A DNA stretch of 64,000 bases from Candidatus Woesearchaeota archaeon (GTDB lineage: Archaea > Nanobdellota > Nanobdellia > Woesearchaeales > GW2011-AR9), in assembly GCA_018655525.1 (NCBI GenBank), contig JABIJM010000020.1, forward strand, positions 14,091 through 78,090, written 5' to 3'. The position numbers were made by a program, and so were the translations under genes. Positions 1-8,873 of the stretch are shown here, in pieces; position 1 is the stretch's first letter; every line of letters starts with the position of its first letter. Below the pieces are notes generated by a model that saw nothing but the letters and a program-made list of their open reading frames with translations, did no database searches and had not been told where the DNA came from.

Positions 1-414
1 AATTGTAACGGTTGATTCAATCACCATACGTTTCGTACCTTCATGAAATACATGATATTTAATTTTATTAAGTGGAAATTTTGAAATAATTGCATTTGCT
101 TGTTTATTTAAGATTGGAACATGATGGAATAATTTCAACCATCCCGTGACAGGATATTTGACTTTCTCAGCGTAATTATTCATCCCTAAACCTTCTTCAA
201 AGAATTTCACTTGGTCTTTTCCTCTTGCACGTAAGGAACCTGTATCAACTTCAATTAATGTTACAATATCTGGTTTGAGTTTTTTTAATTGATCCAGAAT
301 TTGTTGTTCTAATTTTGGTGGTGGAAAGAATATTCGCCAGAAAAAAAGGTATTGGTACCATAATCCTTCCATTCCTTCACAGTATTCTATATTGTAGGAA
401 ATTAGTTTCACCAT
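1..414 (-). CDS. Endonuclease/exonuclease/phosphatase (EEP) family protein, 3' end outside window
   Basis: Manual translation from ATG at 414: MVKLISYNIEY...KPDIVTLIEVD...NAIISKFP; SYNI, PDIVxLxE and NAIxSKFP are EEP motifs. Confidence 0.8.
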   Translation of the reverse strand, partial: MVKLISYNIEYCEGMEGLWYQYLFFWRIFFPPPKLEQQILDQLKKLKPDIVTLIEVDTGSLRARGKDQVKFFEEGLGMNNYAEKVKYPVTGWLKLFHHVPILNKQANAIISKFPLNKIKYHVFHEGTKRMVIESTVTI

Positions 415-473
415 GTTATAAAGAAAGGTTTTAGGTTTATATATTCTTTGGTAATGTTTAAATAAATAAGAAT

Positions 474-1007
474 GTGGTTATGATTATGGTTATTCATTTT
501 GAAAGAAGTTTACAGGACGCTTTAGAAAAAATAGGTAAACACGAATATCATGAGTTTAAGATTCATTCTTTTGAGGAAGAAGCTAAGCACGAACATGATT
601 TGATTGAAACATATGGAAATGCAAAATGGGCAATTGTTGATATCTTAAATGGGAGATATGGCCTGAATGTAGATTTACAAAATTGGTTGGATCACAAAGA
701 AGATGATGTTGCATATTTCTTAAATGAAGCTGGTTCCAATAGTTTGCATCATTCGGAATTTAAAGCACCTTATCGGTTGTGTTTATGGTTGGGTGAAAAT
801 GGATTTATGATTTCAATAGAACAAAAAGGAAAAGGTTTTGATGCTTCTTTTGTTGATTCTCATAGAATTAAAGAGAATGAAGGTGCTGCTTTTGAATTTT
901 ATAGAAAGTGTAAAGGAGAAGTATTTTTTGATGATGAGAAGGAAACAAGAGTTATTTATTACGTAAGTGATATATCCGTTCTATGTGAGCAGGGCACGCC
1001 GCAGTAG
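474..1007 (+). CDS. Hypothetical protein, possibly a degenerate GHKL/HATPase_c (RsbW-like) fold
   Basis: FLNEAGSNSLHH resembles an N-box and EQKGKGFD a G1-box; start probably later than 474. Confidence 0.45.
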   Translation: MVMIMVIHFERSLQDALEKIGKHEYHEFKIHSFEEEAKHEHDLIETYGNAKWAIVDILNGRYGLNVDLQNWLDHKEDDVAYFLNEAGSNSLHHSEFKAPYRLCLWLGENGFMISIEQKGKGFDASFVDSHRIKENEGAAFEFYRKCKGEVFFDDEKETRVIYYVSDISVLCEQGTPQ

Positions 1008-1066
1008 ATTTTGCAAGCAAAATGCGGCTCAATTGGCGCTGCTCACCCACTTGCTATATCACTCAC
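964..1066. other. Long GC-rich imperfect stem-loop (candidate ncRNA or non-autonomous element)
   Basis: Nested arms GTGATATA/TATATCAC, GTGAGCAG/CTGCTCAC, GCCGCA/TGCGGC, ATTTTGC/GCAAAAT. Confidence 0.55.
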
Positions 1067-1109
1067 TTCCTACAAAGAACTTTTAAAGTAAGTCCTATAA
1101 TATAGAAAT

Positions 1110-1349
1110 ATGGATTTGGATGAATATTATAATCAGGTAAAGAGTTTAAGAACAAAAATTAGAACCAATACAATTGATCAAGATGTTCTTAATGAAGTTG
1201 ATGGTGATGACCCCTGTTGTTATTTCTGTTTTGAGAATCCGGGAGAATTAGTTGTTATTGATCATGAAAGGTTCCCTCTTGACAGAGAATGTTATGAATT
1301 AGCGAGAACACATTTATATATTGCCGGCAAACCTTATGAAATGAATTAA
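1110..1349 (+). CDS. Small hypothetical protein
   Basis: 79-aa ORF with TATA-like TTTTAAAG upstream; CCYFC motif. Confidence 0.55.
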   Translation: MDLDEYYNQVKSLRTKIRTNTIDQDVLNEVDGDDPCCYFCFENPGELVVIDHERFPLDRECYELARTHLYIAGKPYEMN

Positions 1350-1401
1350 TTCATGTATTCCCTCCAAAGAACTTTTAAAGTAAACTAGTTTTTTAATTTC
1401 T

Positions 1402-2319
1402 ATGTATAAATTAAAAGTAAAACCTGAAGATTTTATTGTACGTGAAAGAAGTAATGTTAAAATCAAAGATCAAGGTAGATTTTCATATTTCAAATTAACG
1501 AAGAAAAATAGAAACACATTGGATGTTGTGAAAGAAATTGCAAAACAACTTGGTATTAAGGAGAGAGAGATTGGTTTTGCAGGAAGCAAAGATAAACATG
1601 CTATTACAGAACAATTAATTTCTATTCCACGTAAGAAGGTTGATGTAGATGTGGATGGCGTTTCTTTAGAGTTTGTTGGACAAGGAGATAAACCGATCTC
1701 TTTAGGGGATTTGAAGGGGAATGAGTTTGAGATCGTGATTTCAGATTATGAAGGAAAGATTGATGCTATTGATTTTAATGTGAATTATTTTGACGAACAA
1801 CGGTTTTCTAAGAATAATGCAAAGGTTGGGAAACATTTGGTAAAGAAGGAATTTAAAGAAGCTTGCTCCATATTAGAATTAAAAGTAGAAGGTAATAATT
1901 TTATTGGTGCATTAACAAAGATTCCAATTAGAATGTTACGTATGTATGTGAATGCGTATCAAAGTTATTTATGGAATGAAACAGTTGCAAAAATATTGAG
2001 TAAAAAAGATGTTGTTAAGAAAGTTGATTATAGTTTGGGAACGTTTTTCTTTGTTAAAGAAAGAGAAGAGTTGCAAGTTCCATTGATTGGATTTGGTTCT
2101 AAGGAATTTGAAACTGATGATATTAAGGCATTAATGGAGAAGGAAGGTATTCGGTATAAGGATTTTGTGATTAAACAAATTCATCAATTGACATTGGAAG
2201 GAGAGATGAGAGATGTGTTTATTGATGTCAATGATTTTAAGGTTAATGGAAACAAAGTTTTCTTCTTTTTGCAGAAGGGATCGTATGCAACGATGGTTAT
2301 TAGAAGAGTTGTAGCATAA
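1402..2319 (+). CDS. truD: tRNA pseudouridine(13) synthase
   Basis: KVKPEDFIVRE, GFAGSKDKHAITEQ (catalytic Asp), NYFDEQRF, KGSYAT. Confidence 0.93.
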   Translation: MYKLKVKPEDFIVRERSNVKIKDQGRFSYFKLTKKNRNTLDVVKEIAKQLGIKEREIGFAGSKDKHAITEQLISIPRKKVDVDVDGVSLEFVGQGDKPISLGDLKGNEFEIVISDYEGKIDAIDFNVNYFDEQRFSKNNAKVGKHLVKKEFKEACSILELKVEGNNFIGALTKIPIRMLRMYVNAYQSYLWNETVAKILSKKDVVKKVDYSLGTFFFVKEREELQVPLIGFGSKEFETDDIKALMEKEGIRYKDFVIKQIHQLTLEGEMRDVFIDVNDFKVNGNKVFFFLQKGSYATMVIRRVVA

Positions 2320-2344
2320 TTATATAAATAAGTATGATATTAAT

Positions 2345-3157
2345 TTGATAATGTCTGCTGTATTAAATACGATTATTAGTGTGGTTATTGTATCACTTGT
2401 TTCTTTAGTAGGTATTTTCTCAATTCTTTTACGAAAGAAAAACACACAGAATTTCTTGTTGTTGCTGGTAAGTTTATCAGCAGGAACCTTGTTTGGAGGT
2501 GCATTTTTACATCTGCTTCCTGAAGTAGTTGCAGATCATGGATTTACAATTCAAATTTCACTTTTAGTATTGGCAGGAGTTATGACATTTTTTGTTTTAG
2601 AAAAATTTATTCATTGGGGCCATTGCCATCATCATCCTGCGTTTGATTTTTTACATTCACATCATGCTACAGATAAAAATCATCATGATCATAAGAAGAA
2701 GAATGATAAATCTCAAATTGCAGTTTTAAATTTGCTTGCAGATGGAGTTCACAATTTCTTAGATGGTTTAGTGATTGCAGGTAGTTACCTTGTGAGTCCT
2801 GCTGCAGGAATTGCAACAACAATTGCTGTTATTATCCATGAAGTTCCTCAAGAGATTGCTGATTTTGGTGTGTTGTTGTATGCGGGTTTGAGTAAAAAGA
2901 GAGCATTATTATTAAATTTCGGATCAGCTGCGATTTCTATTCTTGGAGCTGTGATTGGATTATGGTTTGGTTCTAAATCAGATCTATTCATTCCTTTAAT
3001 TCTTCCATTTGCAGCTGGTGGATTCCTTTACATCGCTGGATCTAATTTAGTTCCTGAGTTACATAAGAAATGTGATGTTGCAATTGAATCCTTTTGGCAT
3101 TTTGTGATGATGGTTCTTGGGATTGGATTGATGTATGGATTGACGTTTATTGGGTAG
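2345..3157 (+). CDS. ZIP family divalent metal transporter
   Basis: LHLLPE, His-rich loop, HNFLDG and HEVPQE motifs, multiple TM helices. Confidence 0.92.
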   Translation: MIMSAVLNTIISVVIVSLVSLVGIFSILLRKKNTQNFLLLLVSLSAGTLFGGAFLHLLPEVVADHGFTIQISLLVLAGVMTFFVLEKFIHWGHCHHHPAFDFLHSHHATDKNHHDHKKKNDKSQIAVLNLLADGVHNFLDGLVIAGSYLVSPAAGIATTIAVIIHEVPQEIADFGVLLYAGLSKKRALLLNFGSAAISILGAVIGLWFGSKSDLFIPLILPFAAGGFLYIAGSNLVPELHKKCDVAIESFWHFVMMVLGIGLMYGLTFIG

Positions 3158-3268
3158 AAAGACAAAAGGTTTTTAAAAGACGTATTAGTATGTAGTTCTG
3201 TGAGGTTTGTAGCTTACTCAAAAAGGAGATTCTTTTTTGATTGTTCCAAATCCACTCTTACAAATTGT

Positions 3269-3416
3269 GGGCCTGTAGCATAACCTGGATATGATTCAAA
3301 ACCCTACCGGAAAGTGCGGCCGAAGCATTTAATAGATGCTGCCGAAGCTTCGGACCGGTTGACTTGTTCATGGAAATGACAAGGCCGAAATCGGGGTTCA
3401 AATCCCTGCTGGCCCA
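3269..3416 (+). tRNA. tRNA-Arg(UCG) with three non-canonical BHB introns (3291-3312, 3323-3346, 3362-3389)
   Basis: Removing the three introns gives GGGCCTG TA GCAT AACCTGGATA GTGC G GCCGG CT TCG GA CCGGT TGAT CGGGG TTCAAAT CCCTG CTGGCCC A; A20 Arg determinant; A15-U48; one acceptor mismatch. Confidence 0.88.
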
Positions 3417-3430
3417 CTTTTTATTTTAAA

Positions 3431-3640
3431 ATGAAATACATTGAATTAAACACGTTCTTAAACATCTCAGGAGTTGCTAGTTCTGGTGGGGGAGCGAAAC
3501 AATTGATCCGTTCTGAAGCTGTGAAGGTTAATGGAGAAATTGAAACACGTAACAAAAGAAAACTTGTTGCTGGTGATAAGGTTGTTGTTGGTGGAAAGGA
3601 GTTAGTTGTGGAAGAAGAAGTTTGTCAGAAGGAAAAATGA
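3431..3640 (+). CDS. S4-like RNA-binding protein (YaaA/YbcJ family)
   Basis: YIELNTFL...SGGGAKQLI...VKVNGEIETRNKRKLVAGD. Confidence 0.88.
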   Translation: MKYIELNTFLNISGVASSGGGAKQLIRSEAVKVNGEIETRNKRKLVAGDKVVVGGKELVVEEEVCQKEK

Positions 3641-3693
3641 TTGTTACTATTTAGTGAGTTAATTTTATAAAAAAGAACGATAAATAGATACTT

Positions 3694-4377
3694 ATGAAAA
3701 AAATCATTAGTATATTACTCTCATTAGCACTTTCTGGATGTTATCCCGCAGGAATGTATTCATCCCATGAACCTCAAGAATGTAAGAATGTAAAATATGA
3801 AGAAGTCGTTCAAAACGCAAAGCATGCAAATTTTGGTTTGAAGTATCATATTACAACACTTGTTCCAGAAAATAATTTAGAAAAATGTACTTACCGATCT
3901 CCTGTCACAAAAGCAGTTATGATTAAAGATGGACTTGCTCGAAAGATTGAGATGATAGATGTAGGTGCTAAGGTTTCAAATTGGAAAAGGGATCATCATC
4001 CCGCTGGTATAATTTATGATGATGAAATGGCCGCAGATTGTACATATAATCCTCATAGATATCGTGATTGGTTTTGTAAAGGCACCAATGGAAAAAATTA
4101 CACCTTACCAAATAATAACAATAAAGTTACTGAAGGAGAACTAATTACGCTTGCAGTAAAAACAATTGATTGTTTGAAAGGTAAAGGAAGTAATGTAAAG
4201 ATTGATTCAAATGAAGATATAACAAGCTGTATACAAACACCAAAAGGCAAATTACCACGACATAATCCATTAATTCCATCTGATCCTGGATTTCGTAGAG
4301 GACAAGGTCATTTCTATAAAAAGATGGATTATGGATTTTGTTATGATGCTCGTGTTCATTGTCGTTTTTCAAAATAG
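3694..4377 (+). CDS. Putative lipoprotein, Cys-containing, unknown function
   Basis: MKK + hydrophobic stretch + LSGC lipobox. Confidence 0.6.
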   Translation: MKKIISILLSLALSGCYPAGMYSSHEPQECKNVKYEEVVQNAKHANFGLKYHITTLVPENNLEKCTYRSPVTKAVMIKDGLARKIEMIDVGAKVSNWKRDHHPAGIIYDDEMAADCTYNPHRYRDWFCKGTNGKNYTLPNNNNKVTEGELITLAVKTIDCLKGKGSNVKIDSNEDITSCIQTPKGKLPRHNPLIPSDPGFRRGQGHFYKKMDYGFCYDARVHCRFSK

Positions 4378-4484
4378 TGATTATGGAATATACAGGTTTA
4401 CCAAGAAACCACTACAAATGGTTATTTCCACATGCTCAGGTATAACCCATAACTTTTATATAACCACTCTTATTCTAGTATAAA

Positions 4485-5825
4485 ATGGTCCTAGACAAGC
4501 TCGGAGATTCATTAAAGAACACGTTAAATAAGATAACGAAATCAATGTTTGTAGATGAAAAGCTGATAAATGAGCTTGTGAAGGACATTCAACGTGCATT
4601 ATTACAATCAGATACAAATGTTCAATTAGTATTCTCCTTAAGTAAAGCAATCAAAGAACGGGCTAAGGAAGATCCTCCTGCTGGTGTAACAAAACGTGAG
4701 CAGTTAGTGAAAGTTGTTTATGAAGAGTTAACAAATTTCTTAGGAAAGGAAGCGTATGAAATTAAAATTTCTAAAAAGCCTACGCAAATTATGTTGGTGG
4801 GATTATTTGGGTCTGGGAAAACAACAACTGCAGGGAAGTTAGCAAAGTATTACAAAAAACGTGGTTTAAAAATTGCAGTGATGCAAACGGATACATGGAG
4901 ACCGGCAGCGTATGAACAGTTGCAACAAACTGCTGAAATGGTTGGTGTAGATTTTCTTGGAATAAAAGGAGAGAAGGATCCTGTCAATATTTATTTGTCA
5001 TTTGAGAAAAAGTTAAATGATTATGATGTTGTAATTGTTGATACAGCAGGAAGAGATGCGTTATCAGAAGAATTAATTGAAGAATTGAATAAGTTACATG
5101 GGGCAGTACAAGCAGATGAGAAGTTGTTAGTTATTTCTGCAGATATTGGTCAAGCAGCACAGAAACAAGCACAGGCGTTTCATGATACATGCCATGTAAC
5201 TGGTGTTGTAATCACAAAATTAGAAGGAACTGCAAAAGGTGGTGGAGCATTATCAGCATGCGCAGTTACAGATGCAAAAATTGCATTTATTGGAGTTGGT
5301 GAAAAAGTTGACGATTTAGAAGTATTCCATCCACAACGTTTTGTTGGACGTTTGTTAGGGATGGGTGACATTGAAACTTTATTAGAGAAAGCGAAAGAAG
5401 TCATCACTGAAGAATCTGCGAAAGATATGCAAGCAAAATTCATGAAAGGAAATTTCAATCTTGTTGACTTGTATGAACAAATGAAAGCCATGAAAAAAAT
5501 GGGTTCATTTGGAAAAATTATGGAAATGATTCCTGGGATGGGTCAATTAAAGATGCCAAAAGATATGTTAAAAACTCAAGAAGGAAAGTTAGAGAAATGG
5601 AAATTCGCAATGGATTCTATGACAAAGGAAGAGTTAGAAGAACCAGAAGTACTAGATGCTCAAAGAATTGATCGGATTGCATCTGGAAGCGGTTTGAAAA
5701 TCCAAGAAATAAGAGAATTATTAAAACAATATCGTCAAAGTAAGAAAATGATGAAGATGATGAAAGGTGAAGGCGATATTAATAAGATGATGAAGAAAAT
5801 GAAGGGACGAGTTCCTGGTATGTAG
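4485..5825 (+). CDS. srp54: Signal recognition particle protein SRP54
   Basis: GLFGSGKTT, DTWRPAA, DTAGR, TKLEGTAKGGGALS, Met-rich M domain. Confidence 0.97.
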   Translation: MVLDKLGDSLKNTLNKITKSMFVDEKLINELVKDIQRALLQSDTNVQLVFSLSKAIKERAKEDPPAGVTKREQLVKVVYEELTNFLGKEAYEIKISKKPTQIMLVGLFGSGKTTTAGKLAKYYKKRGLKIAVMQTDTWRPAAYEQLQQTAEMVGVDFLGIKGEKDPVNIYLSFEKKLNDYDVVIVDTAGRDALSEELIEELNKLHGAVQADEKLLVISADIGQAAQKQAQAFHDTCHVTGVVITKLEGTAKGGGALSACAVTDAKIAFIGVGEKVDDLEVFHPQRFVGRLLGMGDIETLLEKAKEVITEESAKDMQAKFMKGNFNLVDLYEQMKAMKKMGSFGKIMEMIPGMGQLKMPKDMLKTQEGKLEKWKFAMDSMTKEELEEPEVLDAQRIDRIASGSGLKIQEIRELLKQYRQSKKMMKMMKGEGDINKMMKKMKGRVPGM

Positions 5826-5972
5826 TTAGTGTTTATGTAAGTCTTTTTCGGGTATGGGTTTTTCTTCTCTAAATCCACATTCTTTACAATATTTGATGGT
5901 ATAATATCCATCTGGGAACTTATGTTGACCTTCGTGTAATGTACGTTTGCAGTCTGGGCAGTGTGTTAGCAT
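5826..5972 (-). CDS. Small Zn-ribbon protein (48 aa), not in ORF track
   Basis: MLTHCPDCKRTLHEGQHKFPDGYYTIKYCKECGFREEKPIPEKDLHKH; two CxxC pairs; fills the gap, TATA-like site upstream. Confidence 0.75.
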   Translation of the reverse strand: MLTHCPDCKRTLHEGQHKFPDGYYTIKYCKECGFREEKPIPEKDLHKH

Positions 5973-6043
5973 GTTCTTTAGTAAAATGATATAATATTTA
6001 TAGGTTTAGGTATATTTATAAATTATGAGAGAATTCTTCTTAT

Positions 6044-7096
6044 GTGGCAGATACAATTGAGGGATTTCAGAATTTAATTGGAGAACTAAAAGAAAGCCTA
6101 AAATTTTTTGAAACTGAATCCGTAGATATGGAAACAAATTTACAAAAAATACCTGCTCTTGGAAAGTATTTAATTGAAGAAGAACATAGTGGAAGTACAA
6201 TTAGAAAAATCACAAAAGTTCTTAGAAATGTATATAGAATTGTTAAAAGAATCCAAAAAGCAAGAAAAGAATTTGAAAGTAGACTTGAAGATTTAAATAT
6301 AAGTATAAACAATTTTCTTCCAGGAAGATATAGAAAAAGGTTTGTTCAAAATTCTAAAAAAATGGAAATTATTTCTAATTTTATCCTAAAGTTTTATTCA
6401 AAAAGAGGAGCATTATGGAATAATAGAAAAGATGGAGGGTTATTGCTCACCAAATTAAAAAATTCACAAAGAGGAGGAATAAGACCGCTATTAGCTGTAA
6501 TTGAATCTTACAAAACCTTAATTCTTGATGTAGAAAAAGATTTAGAGAATATTCAATTTAATTTTAATATTGATAATGTTCTAAAAACTGTAGATGCACC
6601 AGTAGATCGAACTGTAGTGATTATTGATGCGGATTTTGCATCCAATGCAGACCATTATAGAAAAATTAGAAGAAAAATAATTCGTTTAGTTAATAATGCA
6701 ACATTAGAGATCCCTAAAACTGTACTTAAAGAAATGATCAAAATTCCAAAAAATAGAAAAGCTGCTCTTGTCAGCAAAGATTTTCGTCGTCAATTACTTA
6801 AATCAGCAAATCTTATTTCCATAAGAAAAAATTTAACTTATGAGGATACAATTATCAATTATTGGAAAAAAACACCAAAGGGAAGTTCAAATGAAAATAA
6901 AATCAGAGAATTTAAAAGAGGAGGAGATATTAAAATCATGTTAAGAGCATTAGAATTAGATCCTATACCTGTTGTAATTCTTTCAAATGATAATGATATA
7001 TATCAAACAATTAGAGCCATGCAGAATGCCGGAATTGCAATACACATTTCAGTCCATGCATTTCAAGATGACGGGACAATTCTTAGAGTGGCATAA
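6044..7096 (+). CDS. Coiled-coil protein with C-terminal PIN-like ribonuclease domain
   Basis: VIIDADF, IPKTVLKE, GDIKI, ILSNDNDI give the PIN acidic pattern. Confidence 0.65.
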   Translation: MADTIEGFQNLIGELKESLKFFETESVDMETNLQKIPALGKYLIEEEHSGSTIRKITKVLRNVYRIVKRIQKARKEFESRLEDLNISINNFLPGRYRKRFVQNSKKMEIISNFILKFYSKRGALWNNRKDGGLLLTKLKNSQRGGIRPLLAVIESYKTLILDVEKDLENIQFNFNIDNVLKTVDAPVDRTVVIIDADFASNADHYRKIRRKIIRLVNNATLEIPKTVLKEMIKIPKNRKAALVSKDFRRQLLKSANLISIRKNLTYEDTIINYWKKTPKGSSNENKIREFKRGGDIKIMLRALELDPIPVVILSNDNDIYQTIRAMQNAGIAIHISVHAFQDDGTILRVA

Positions 7097-7539
7097 TCTC
7101 CTTTAATAGAATCAATTCTTTCTTTAAATGTTTGATATTTCTCACCTAAAACTTTTTCAAATTCTGCTAAAGAAGACCTGTGATAAGAAGCAGGAGTCAT
7201 CATAAATTGAGAGTTATCTTCATCTTTATCAATTTGTATTAAATGATGATTTAGACTTGTTCTAACCATGACCATATTAACTTCGGAATCTTGACTCCAT
7301 AAATAACGAGAAACTGCCCTTTCAAGAGGTCCACCCTTTTCATTTATTAAGGGAATAGAAGAATACATTAATTTATTGTTGTGTGGGTTTTTTTTTGACC
7401 CTACTGCAACATGAAATGGGCCTTCATTCATAAAGGCATTATTACGTGTGATAATATAATCTCCTTCTTTTACATCATTTAATTTTAATAGCTCATCAAA
7501 TAAAATGATTCTTGAATCAATTGTAGTTGTTGTACCCAT
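7063..7539 (-). CDS. Hypothetical protein
   Basis: 158-aa ORF, TATA upstream, no recognised motif. Confidence 0.55.
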   Translation of the reverse strand: MGTTTTIDSRIILFDELLKLNDVKEGDYIITRNNAFMNEGPFHVAVGSKKNPHNNKLMYSSIPLINEKGGPLERAVSRYLWSQDSEVNMVMVRTSLNHHLIQIDKDEDNSQFMMTPASYHRSSLAEFEKVLGEKYQTFKERIDSIKGDYATLRIVPSS

Positions 7540-7593
7540 ATCATCATTTTCAGAATATCTTTTATAAAGATTTCGTCTCTTTTGAGTAAATAA

Positions 7594-8193
7594 TCAAAAC
7601 TCAATGATTTTTCCAGTCTTTCCAACATTGATAACTTTTGTTGATCCAATAAGTTCTTCTATACCGTGAGTTTCATGAATGTGACCACAAATGTGGACAT
7701 CTGGTTTGAATTCTTCAATTGCTTTTCTTACTCCGCTTGATCCCCAACCTGGAATTTTCATGGAGATAATTGAATCATTTGGTTGAACATGTGTAACCAT
7801 AAGTTTCTTTTTACAGTCTTTAATTGAGTTGTGAGATTGTTTGAGTGTTTGAAAAAATTGTTCTTCATTTAAAGTGTGTAAACCTACATCTCCATAACCA
7901 CACCCAAATATGCCCACATCACCAAATTTTAGGCTGTATCCATGAAGATTTTTAACTTGATATGCATCAACCATTGCATTGATTTCAGCCATCCCTTCAT
8001 GATTTCCTGGGACTACGGCAACTTCTAATCCCATTTTTTTGAATGGTCCAATCATACCTTCCTTGAATTGGTCTTCATCAAAGATATCACCTGCAAGAAT
8101 TACAAGATCAACTTTTTCATCTGCACCTTTTTGAGCCATTTTTTGCATAAAGTGGCGATCGTTATGTACGTCTGAGATTGCAAGTATTTTCAT
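7594..8193 (-). CDS. Calcineurin-like metallophosphoesterase
   Basis: SDVH, AGD, GNHE, TH, GHIHE. Confidence 0.92.
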   Translation of the reverse strand: MKILAISDVHNDRHFMQKMAQKGADEKVDLVILAGDIFDEDQFKEGMIGPFKKMGLEVAVVPGNHEGMAEINAMVDAYQVKNLHGYSLKFGDVGIFGCGYGDVGLHTLNEEQFFQTLKQSHNSIKDCKKKLMVTHVQPNDSIISMKIPGWGSSGVRKAIEEFKPDVHICGHIHETHGIEELIGSTKVINVGKTGKIIEF

Positions 8194-8294
8194 GTGATGT
8201 TAAGGATAGGATGACTTTATAAACTTTTTGGATTGGTTACTCCAGAGTAGTTATTTTAAAAAGATTTATAAAGGATCATAAAAATAACACTTAT

Positions 8295-8858
8295 ATGAAA
8301 ATAAATAAAATTATAGGATATGTAGTAGCTGGATTAGCAGCATTAACTATTTCAAGTTGCGAAAGGGAATATACCCCAGCAAATCCAGTAGTACATGGAA
8401 ATGTTGTTACCCATGAAGATTCAAATGGAGGAATCGCAATATATCAATTTCATACTCGGAGAGATGAAGAAATCAAAGGTGCGACATTTATTAAACAATT
8501 CAAAAATGATCGTTTCGGTCAAAAAACTTTAGCAGGTCACTATCAAGATTTAAACAAGAACGGAAAAGTTGACGAGGGAGATTTTTGCTTTGTATCCCAA
8601 GGAGAAAATTGTCAAACACCTCTTGAAGATCGTTTTGTATGTTCTACACATATTCTTAGAACAGTTCATACAGATCATCCTATGAAATACGATGCATCAA
8701 ACCAATCAGAAGGTCTTACCGAAGATGGGACATATAAAACGTATACCACAGCAGGAATGTGGCATTTGCGAAATGGAGTAAGAACGCCTCATCAATCTAT
8801 TGAACAAGCAAAAGATTGTATTAAAGAATGTCCTTCTAATTTATTAGAAAAACTTTAA
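8295..8858 (+). CDS. Putative lipoprotein with Ca-binding DxNxxG loop
   Basis: ISSC lipobox; DLNKNGKVDEGD EF-hand/dockerin-like loop. Confidence 0.6.
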   Translation: MKINKIIGYVVAGLAALTISSCEREYTPANPVVHGNVVTHEDSNGGIAIYQFHTRRDEEIKGATFIKQFKNDRFGQKTLAGHYQDLNKNGKVDEGDFCFVSQGENCQTPLEDRFVCSTHILRTVHTDHPMKYDASNQSEGLTEDGTYKTYTTAGMWHLRNGVRTPHQSIEQAKDCIKECPSNLLEKL

Positions 8859-8873
8859 ACTAATTTTAAAAAA

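Noticed and set aside
3370-3387. Alternative reading of the first tRNA as Val(GAC)
   Set aside because: That GAC lies inside the third BHB intron; the Arg(UCG) model gives a full anticodon stem and three consistent junctions
4489-4500. CTAGACAAG inside the srp54 start
   Set aside because: Only 9 nt match the LAGLIDADG upstream motif, and it is explained by coding for VLDK
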